The position numbers were made by a program, and so were the translations under genes. From positions 292 to 64,291 of the forward strand of contig CAZBSE010000001.1 in NCBI GenBank assembly GCA_964494385.1: a stretch of DNA of 64,000 bases, given 5' to 3'. A model generated the notes under the pieces. The model ran no database searches, had not been told where the DNA came from, and saw only the letters and a program-made list of their open reading frames with translations. The DNA comes from an uncultured Actinomycetota bacterium (GTDB taxonomy: Bacteria > Actinomycetota > Humimicrobiia > Humimicrobiales > Humimicrobiaceae). Positions 57,477-64,000 of the stretch are shown here, piece by piece; positions within the stretch are counted from its first letter, which is position 1, and the number at the start of each line of letters is the position of its first letter.

Positions 57477-58238
57477 CTATCTGTAAAGACTTATATACCA
57501 TTTTAAGATATTATTACCGCAAAATAAAGATATAATACTCCCAAGCGATATAAAAGGGCCAAATGGTATAGCCTGTTTTAATTTTCTCCTTTTTATGACT
57601 ATAAGAGATATTCCATATATCGACCCTGTTAAAAAACCTAAAAATAAAGCAGGTATTGAGTTCCTTATTAGAAATGCTCCTATCATCAAGCTTAATTTAA
57701 CATCACCCATCCCCATACCCTTTGGATATATCAAATGAATTATCAGCATAAATAAAAATGCACCCGAGCTAAAAGCCAGGGGCATCCACCATTTGGAAGG
57801 TTCCAATAAAATATTCAAAGCCAGTCCGACAAGCGTTAAGGGTAATACTACTACATTGGGAATTATTCTAAAATTAATGTCAATAAAAGATACTACTATT
57901 AAAGAACTGCATAATAGAATTCCTATGATAGTATTAATACTTAACCCGAAAAAGATATAATTGACCATGAATAATAAAGAAGTTAAGATTTCGACAACGG
58001 GGCTGGTAATGGGTATTTTTGCTTTACAGTACCTGCATCGACCTCTTAGTATTAAAAAAGATAATAATGGGATATTATCATAAAATGCTATTCTTCTCTT
58101 GCAATACGGACAAAAAGAAGCAGGCCTTACAATAGATATTTTTCTGGGTAACCTGTATATTACCACTTCCAAGAAGCTTCCTACGGCAAGGCCCGCTATT
58201 ATAAAAATTATATAGAAAATTACTTCCCTTGTTCCCAT
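57477..58238 (-). CDS. pilD: Prepilin peptidase / N-methyltransferase (A24)
   Basis: CPYC...CRYC zinc motif. Catalytic Asp motifs GMGMGDVKL and IPFGPFISLG. Confidence 0.9.
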   Translation of the reverse strand: MGTREVIFYIIFIIAGLAVGSFLEVVIYRLPRKISIVRPASFCPYCKRRIAFYDNIPLLSFLILRGRCRYCKAKIPITSPVVEILTSLLFMVNYIFFGLSINTIIGILLCSSLIVVSFIDINFRIIPNVVVLPLTLVGLALNILLEPSKWWMPLAFSSGAFLFMLIIHLIYPKGMGMGDVKLSLMIGAFLIRNSIPALFLGFLTGSIYGISLIVIKRRKLKQAIPFGPFISLGSIISLFCGNNILKWYISLYR

Positions 58239-58450
58239 TTAAACTATTGCTTTTTTACCGTTTTTTATTCCTTTTTAGCTGTCGGGTTATTTTCTATATT
58301 ATATTGCTATTTTTATTATAATTAAATTAATATTTTATATTTATTTCCTGTTGATATTCTTTTATTATTCTAAAAACATATATCTTTACATACAGCTATA
58401 ATTTTAAGTAATAATATTTAAATCCTATCGCTTAAAGCATTACAGGTTTT

Positions 58451-58486
58451 AAATAATAAAATAAGGGATAGCAACCTATCCCTTAT
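58451..58486 (-). terminator. Intrinsic terminator after pilA
   Basis: ATAAGGGATAG pairs with CTATCCCTTAT around a 4-nt loop. On the minus strand TTTATTATTT follows. Located 56 nt after the pilA stop. Confidence 0.75.
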
Positions 58487-58541
58487 TTTATTTCATTTTC
58501 AACTTTTTCGATATTAATTAATTAACTTTTATTAACTTATT

Positions 58542-58961
58542 TTAGTATGCTCCGGTACTTGTAAATGCACCGTTGGTAATAACTATGTTGTCTGTGCCAC
58601 CAACAACGCCGTCTACACCAAAGCTTGTCAAAGTATAACCAGTTCCACTACCAGTTTGTGCATAGACATAGTTAACACCCCAGGAGTCAGCTGTCGGTAC
58701 GGGGGTCATATATGCTGCTATATCCGTATCCCAGTTAGCTGCCGCCGGATAACTTTCTATATCCGACTGGTACAGCTCTAGTGCTGTTGCTATGTTTTTC
58801 ATTTCACTCTCGGTAGCAGCTTCCCTTGCTCTGTTTCTCAGGGCCATATAACTGGGAATAGCTATACCTGTAAGTACGGCAAGTATGATAATTACTATCA
58901 TAAGCTCTATCAATGTAAATCCTTTTTCCTTCCTGTATATATTTCTACAAAGCCGTTTCAT
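58542..58961 (-). CDS. pilA: Major type IV pilin (GspG/PulG-like)
   Basis: KG|FTLIELMIVIIILAVLTGIAIPSY and a GspG-like C-terminus (DSWGVNYVY...YTLTSFGVDG). Strong RBS AAGGAGGTG and its own terminator. Confidence 0.88.
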   Translation of the reverse strand: MKRLCRNIYRKEKGFTLIELMIVIIILAVLTGIAIPSYMALRNRAREAATESEMKNIATALELYQSDIESYPAAANWDTDIAAYMTPVPTADSWGVNYVYAQTGSGTGYTLTSFGVDGVVGGTDNIVITNGAFTSTGAY

Positions 58962-59013
58962 TTTGCACCTCCTTTATTTAAATAAATTTAATTTTGTTAT
59001 TGTATATTATTTT

Positions 59014-59043
59014 ATTATACCCATAAATCATAAATTTAGACAA
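59014..59043 (-). promoter_or_regulatory. pilA promoter region with overlapping SigB-type and SigA-type elements
   Basis: On the minus strand: GTCTAA (59036-59041), N13, GGGTAT (59017-59022). This overlaps TTGTCT, N18, TATAAT (59014-59019). About 50 nt upstream of the pilA ATG. Confidence 0.4.
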
Positions 59044-59267
59044 TTATTTAATAATTTATATAATTTATTAAAATTATTAATTGAATTTAAGTATATAAAT
59101 ATTTATTATAATATGCAACATAATTATATGAAATATTTAATCATAAATATATATTTACATATTTTATATTTTTAAGACTGCAACTATATTTTTCTCAATT
59201 TTCTTATTATGTCTAAATGGTTATTTTATATGACGGGAAAAATTAACTTTCCAGGTAAATCATTGCC

Positions 59268-60065
59268 CTATTTTTCTGAAAAGTATTCCCTTAATACTCT
59301 TATGCTTTCCTTTAACTTTCTGGAAACGGATCTCTGAGAAATACCAAATTTTTCTCCTATTTCCTTCTGGCTCAAACCAAGAAAATAATTTAATATTATT
59401 ATTTTTTTATTAAGACTGCACAGCTTATCTATGGCATCCCATAATATAAATTTATCTTCCATTACCAGTTCAAAACTTTTATATTCTCTTGACTTAATTA
59501 ATCTTCTGTCAAAATTAGATAAGGAACCTTTGTTGTTATTACTGCTTTCCACTTCATCAATCGGCCTGTAATCGTAAAAAGCAGCTTCTCTTGCTTTAAA
59601 AAACTCATCTATGCCTTCCATGGACACGTTTATTCCCTTTGATATCTCCTCGATAGTTGGATACCTGTCATTGCCTGACTCAAAATCCTTTATAAAATCT
59701 ACAAAAATTTTATTTAACTTCCATATCCATCTGGGGACCTTTATTAATTTGCTGTCCCTGATAAAATGTAATATTTCGCCTTTTATACAGTGAACGGAAA
59801 ATGTAGAAAATTTATAGTTTGATTTCGGCTCAAATCTGTTTATTGCCATAATCAACCCCGTAAATCCGGCCTGCTGTATATCTTTTGGATCCAGTTTGAT
59901 ATTTCTAAATTCTCCTGCAATTTTATAGACAAGCTTTTTAGTTCTATCTATTATTGAGCTTAATATTTCCGGATTATTGCTTATCCTATATATCTCAATA
60001 AGCTCTTCCACGGATAAATTTTTATTTTTTAATATATTAAGATTTTTATATTTTAATTCATTCAT
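59268..60065 (-). CDS. Group-3 sigma-70 family sigma factor (SigB/SigF-like)
   Basis: Region 2 (GFTGLIMAINRFEP..FSTFSVHCIKGEILHFIRDSKLIKVPRWIWKL) and region 4 HTH (LSQKEIGEKFGISQRSVSRKLKESI). Confidence 0.8.
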   Translation of the reverse strand: MNELKYKNLNILKNKNLSVEELIEIYRISNNPEILSSIIDRTKKLVYKIAGEFRNIKLDPKDIQQAGFTGLIMAINRFEPKSNYKFSTFSVHCIKGEILHFIRDSKLIKVPRWIWKLNKIFVDFIKDFESGNDRYPTIEEISKGINVSMEGIDEFFKAREAAFYDYRPIDEVESSNNNKGSLSNFDRRLIKSREYKSFELVMEDKFILWDAIDKLCSLNKKIIILNYFLGLSQKEIGEKFGISQRSVSRKLKESIRVLREYFSEK

Positions 60066-60093
60066 GATGGGATATCTTTTTGCAACATTCTTA

Positions 60094-61317
60094 TTACATA
60101 TTCTGATATATATTGAACATTGGAAGATACATTGATATCACAATTAACCCGATAATTCCCGCTACAAATAAAAGCATCAACGGTTCCAGTATCGTAATCA
60201 TTACATCTATCGCATTTGACACTTCTTTTTCATAAAAATCAGCAATTTTTGAAACTATTTCATCAAGCGTACCGGTCCTCTCCCCTACGGCTATCATCTG
60301 GACCATCATGGCGGGAAAAACTTTCATTTTGGACATTGGATCGGAAATATTCTCGCCTTCACTTATTCCCTTTTTAATTTTCTCCAGAGCATTGTCAATA
60401 AGTATATTACCCGCTACTCCTTTTGCAATTTCCAGGGAACTTAATATGGGAACTCCTGTTTCAAGCAGTATCCCGAAATGTCTGCTGAATCTTGATAACG
60501 ACATTTTTCTGAATAAATCCCCAAATTTTGGAATATTTAATTTTAAATTATCTATTAAGTATTTCCCTCTTGCAGATCTTGTAAACTTCTTAAATAAAAA
60601 TATCCCTCCGCCTATTACCACAGCCATGATCAAATAAAAATATATGTTTTTAAACAAATCGCCAATAAATATAATTATTTTAGTAGGCATTGGAAGCTCC
60701 GCTCCCAATTCGTCATATATTCCTTTAAAAGTCGGGACCAAAAATACTATGATTACAACAGTTATCACTGCAGCAAATCCCAGAACAAATTTTGGGTAAG
60801 CAGTTTTATTTCTTATTTTTAATTTTATCTCTTCATCTGTTTCCAAAAAATTAGCCAGATCGTTCATGGTCTTATCCAGTACGCCTCCTGCTTCACCAGC
60901 CCTTACAAGACTTACATATATATCTTTAAATACTTTGGTATGCCTTTCCATCGATTCGGAAAGAGAATGTCCGGATTCTACATACAATCTAACTTCTGAG
61001 ATTATTTTTGAAAATTTTGGGTTCGGTGTCTGCTTTTCCAGCACTGTCAGTGATTCCAGCAAAGACATCCCGGAAGAAATCAATGTTGCGAATTGCCTTG
61101 TAAATACGACCAGATCTCTTGTTTTAATACGATTAAAAAAACTAAAGCTTATAGTTTTTTTTGATGTGCTTATTCTTTCTTTCATCTTAACTATACTTAT
61201 TACAAAATATTCCATATCCTTTAATTTTAATACAACGGATTCCTGCGTTTCGGCATCAATTGAACCTTTTATTAATTCACCTTTTAAATTTCTAACCGTA
61301 TAATTAAATGTAGCCAT
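60094..61317 (-). CDS. pilC: Type IV pilus platform protein PilC (GspF family)
   Basis: 407 aa. Two GspF repeats and three TM segments. Confidence 0.9.
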   Translation of the reverse strand: MATFNYTVRNLKGELIKGSIDAETQESVVLKLKDMEYFVISIVKMKERISTSKKTISFSFFNRIKTRDLVVFTRQFATLISSGMSLLESLTVLEKQTPNPKFSKIISEVRLYVESGHSLSESMERHTKVFKDIYVSLVRAGEAGGVLDKTMNDLANFLETDEEIKLKIRNKTAYPKFVLGFAAVITVVIIVFLVPTFKGIYDELGAELPMPTKIIIFIGDLFKNIYFYLIMAVVIGGGIFLFKKFTRSARGKYLIDNLKLNIPKFGDLFRKMSLSRFSRHFGILLETGVPILSSLEIAKGVAGNILIDNALEKIKKGISEGENISDPMSKMKVFPAMMVQMIAVGERTGTLDEIVSKIADFYEKEVSNAIDVMITILEPLMLLFVAGIIGLIVISMYLPMFNIYQNM

Positions 61318-61353
61318 TTTTACCTAATATTTTTTTATAAAATATAAAATAAT

Positions 61354-62412
61354 TTACTCCAGCATCATTCTTTTAACTTCATCAAGGCTATGTGCCTTTT
61401 CTAATACCAATTCCCTGGTAATTTTATTACTCTTATACAGATCTACCAGTGACCTGTCCATGGTCATCATCCCCATCTTCCCGCTTGACTGTATTGCTGA
61501 ATAAATCTGATGCACTTTCATTTCTCTTATCATATTTCTTATGGCAGGCGTTACAAGCATTAATTCCGTGGCAGGAACTCTTCCATCATTGTCTTTATTG
61601 GGTATTAATTGCTGTACGAGTACAGCCTTTAGCGTACTCGCCAGCTGGTTCCTTATTTGTTTTTGCTGATGAGTTGGAAAAATATCTATAATCCTATCCA
61701 CTGTTTGGGGTGCGTCCTGGGTATGAAGAGTAGAAAAGACAAGATGACCTGTTTCGGCTGCAGTCAGGGTATTCGATATTGTTTCCAGATCCCTCATTTC
61801 TCCTACCATTATGACATCAGGGTCTTCCCTTAAAATATACTTGAGTGCAAGCTCAAATGATTTTGTATCCGTAAGTATTTCTCTCTGGCTTACAATACTT
61901 TTTTTATGTGTAAACAAATATTCTATAGGATCTTCTATGGTTATAATATTTTCGGATCTTTTTGTGTTTATCATATCGATTATAGAAGCGAGTGTGGTTG
62001 ATTTCCCGCAGCCGGTGGGTCCGGTTACCAGAATAAGGCCCCTTGGATAATTGGCAAATTCCGCAACTTGTGCCGGCAGATTTAATTCTTCAATGCTCTG
62101 TATCTCTCTTGAGATAAGCCTGAACGCAGCAGCAAGACTATTTCTTTGATAATAATAACTGCACCTGAATCTTCCATATCCGGATAACGAATATGAAAAG
62201 TCGACTACAAGCTGGTTTTCCAGTCTTGCCAGCTGTTCTTCATTTAATATCCTGGTAAGCATCTTTTTTGAAATATCAGGAGTAACTTCTCCAAATTTTT
62301 CCAGTTTTACAAGCTTTCCATGTATCCTTATTGTAGGAGGAAGAACACATACAATATGGACATCCGACGCTTCTCTTTTCATTGCTTCTAATAAAATGTC
62401 GTCAATATTCAT
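61354..62412 (-). CDS. pilT: Type IV pilus retraction ATPase PilT
   Basis: 352 aa. Walker A GPTGCGKSTT, GHLVFSTLHT, and the PilT-specific AIRNMIRE motif. Confidence 0.9.
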   Translation of the reverse strand: MNIDDILLEAMKREASDVHIVCVLPPTIRIHGKLVKLEKFGEVTPDISKKMLTRILNEEQLARLENQLVVDFSYSLSGYGRFRCSYYYQRNSLAAAFRLISREIQSIEELNLPAQVAEFANYPRGLILVTGPTGCGKSTTLASIIDMINTKRSENIITIEDPIEYLFTHKKSIVSQREILTDTKSFELALKYILREDPDVIMVGEMRDLETISNTLTAAETGHLVFSTLHTQDAPQTVDRIIDIFPTHQQKQIRNQLASTLKAVLVQQLIPNKDNDGRVPATELMLVTPAIRNMIREMKVHQIYSAIQSSGKMGMMTMDRSLVDLYKSNKITRELVLEKAHSLDEVKRMMLE

Positions 62413-62448
62413 TTTTCCTTTCCAATTGCCTAATTTATTATATATTAA

Positions 62449-63309
62449 CTATTGTACATTATCCAAAAGTATTTTCTTCACCATGTTTATCCTTGGCACT
62501 AAATTAAACCATATCTTGAAAGAGAACAAAGCCTGGTTCAGAAGCATATCCAGACCGTTTATTACTATAGCGCCTTCCTTCCTGGCTTTTTTTACCAGTC
62601 TGGTTTCTACAGGTTTATACACCATATCAAATATAACTTTCCCTTTAAGATTCCAGCTTCCGGGTATAATTATCTTATTTTTATAAATCCCTATATCCAT
62701 CCCTACGGGGGTGCAATTAACTATTAAATCTGTATCTTTTATTTTATTATCCATATCACCAATAGCCTGTAAAGCTTTTATCCTATCGCTGCCTATGGAT
62801 CTGAAATTATCTATAATTTTATAAATTTTTTCTTTAGTTCTGCTGTATACATATATTTCCCTTACCCCTTTTTTAAGCATTCCGTAAATAGTACTCTTTG
62901 CGGAACCGCCTGCTCCCAATACCAGACATTGTTTTCCTAACCATTTAAAATTTCTGTCATCCACTGATTTTATAAAACCTTTAACATCCGTATTAAAACC
63001 CCTGGAAGTCCTTTTTCCCGGATAGAATTTTACTGTATTTACGGATTTAATAATTGAAGAGGGACCATCCGTTTTGTCAACCAATTTAAAAACTTCTTCT
63101 TTGAAGGGCATGGTCACGTTTAATCCCGCAAATCCCATTTTCTTTATACTTTTAAAAACTTCAGTCAGGTCTTCCGTTGAAAATTCAAATGCGACATAAA
63201 CAGCTTCCTTTGAATATTTTTTTATAAGGTAATTATGAATTTTCGGAGATAGACTATGCTTTACAGGATTGCCTATAAGGGCGATAACCTTTGTATTTGA
63301 ACCAATCAT
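62449..63309 (-). CDS. aroE: Shikimate dehydrogenase
   Basis: IGNPVKHSLSP, NVTMPFK, GAGGSAKS. Confidence 0.9.
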   Translation of the reverse strand: MIGSNTKVIALIGNPVKHSLSPKIHNYLIKKYSKEAVYVAFEFSTEDLTEVFKSIKKMGFAGLNVTMPFKEEVFKLVDKTDGPSSIIKSVNTVKFYPGKRTSRGFNTDVKGFIKSVDDRNFKWLGKQCLVLGAGGSAKSTIYGMLKKGVREIYVYSRTKEKIYKIIDNFRSIGSDRIKALQAIGDMDNKIKDTDLIVNCTPVGMDIGIYKNKIIIPGSWNLKGKVIFDMVYKPVETRLVKKARKEGAIVINGLDMLLNQALFSFKIWFNLVPRINMVKKILLDNVQ

Positions 63310-63350
63310 CTTTAGTCTTTTTTACAATTATTGTAAATATATTATTGCGA

Positions 63351-63635
63351 TCAGTATTTTATTTCAAAAATATTATATTCTTTACTATTTTTAATTTCTT
63401 CTATTTTTACATCCGCTACTGCTGAAAAAGCAGGGCCTTCTTTTATTTCATTTATAAAATTATTAAGGTCTTCTTCTTCCCCCTGACAGATTACTTCCAC
63501 TTTCCTGCCAGGGGTATTCCTGACATACCCTTTTATATCGTATTTTCCGGCTATCGATTCTGCATAATATCTGAATCCAACACCCTGCACTCTACCTGAT
63601 AGTACAACCTCATAAGTTTTAATATTTTCAATCAT
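63351..63635 (-). CDS. acyP: Acylphosphatase
   Basis: 94 aa. VSGRVQGVGFRY motif. Confidence 0.88.
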   Translation of the reverse strand: MIENIKTYEVVLSGRVQGVGFRYYAESIAGKYDIKGYVRNTPGRKVEVICQGEEEDLNNFINEIKEGPAFSAVADVKIEEIKNSKEYNIFEIKY

Positions 63636-63718
63636 ATATCTTTTAAATTAATTATAATAATTATACTAAAAATTTTTTATATTTTCAAATTCTCAAACTT
63701 TTATAACTTTTATTATAA

Positions 63719-64000
63719 TTAAAAATTATTATTTTTAATCCTGAATATTGAGAACTGATCTACTTTTCCTATATTACCTAAAATAACCACGTCATTGGGA
63801 TTTGCACAATCGACTTTAGAATAATTATTGTCTGATATAATCCTTTTTATAACAGCTTTCCGGGGATTTTTATGTGGCTGCAGTATATCTATAATTTCCC
63901 CCTTTTTAAATTGATTCTTAACATTTATTGCAGGGCCATCGTATTTTTCACTGTAATTTTTATATGTTCCAACAAATCTGTATTTTTTTATATATCCGAC
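63719..64000 (-). CDS. Partial CDS, C-terminal 93 codons; gene start lies beyond the window
   Basis: Open minus-strand frame from the window edge to TAA at 63719-63721 (...GEIIDILQPHKNPRKAVIKRIISDNN...VILGNIGKVDQFSIFRIKNNNF). It vaguely resembles the C-terminal barrel of U32 peptidases. Confidence 0.35.
   Translation of the reverse strand, partial: VGYIKKYRFVGTYKNYSEKYDGPAINVKNQFKKGEIIDILQPHKNPRKAVIKRIISDNNYSKVDCANPNDVVILGNIGKVDQFSIFRIKNNNF

Overview
AT-rich bacterial chromosomal segment (roughly 30% GC by eye, not computed) made almost entirely of housekeeping genes. I saw no transposase, prophage, CRISPR array or recognisable defence system.

Main points:

1. **Replication terminus.** A canonical 28-bp dif site lies at 4777-4804, in the gap where gene orientation flips. 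Genes at 20-4646 are on the + strand. Every protein gene from 4851 to 63635 is on the - strand. xerD is 31 kb away.

2. **Left of dif.** A ROK regulator sits next to a sugar-type ABC importer that is visibly more GC-rich than its surroundings.

3. **Right of dif, a long co-directional array with Firmicute-like synteny:**
   - an actinobacterial-style FHA / MerR / DUF151 nuclease / MerR signalling cluster, split by dac, DUF3048 and hpt
   - tRNA-Pro(GGG)
   - gpsA-der-DUF512-ispH-plsC-cmk-aroA-tyrA
   - a 7TM-PAS-GAF-GGDEF(degenerate)-HD-GYP protein, tkt and a CDF transporter
   - envelope genes: MATE, GT2 and an LVIVD/PKD/transglutaminase surface protein
   - scpAB, trpS, xerD, nudF, pyrG, recN, nadK, tlyA, ispA, nusB, efp, pepP

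4. **Type IV pilus locus (47.7-62.4 kb) interleaved with shikimate genes**, in the order aroE | pilT pilC sigma pilA pilD pilMNO(P-like) | aroC aroK aroB aroQ | three minor-pilin-like genes.

Best candidates for something new:
- A SigB/SigF-type sigma factor lies inside the pilus operon, and a SigB-like promoter (GTCTAA-N13-GGGTAT) sits in front of pilA.
- A minor pilin carries three tandem FN3 domains, next to a 531-aa beta-helical PilX-like protein. No PilB or PilQ is present in the window.
- An orphan promoter / 18-codon micro-ORF / structured terminator unit lies at 19.9-20.1 kb.
- Two genes appear to need AUU/AUA initiation.

All functional calls come from motif recognition in the supplied translations. 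No database search was possible.
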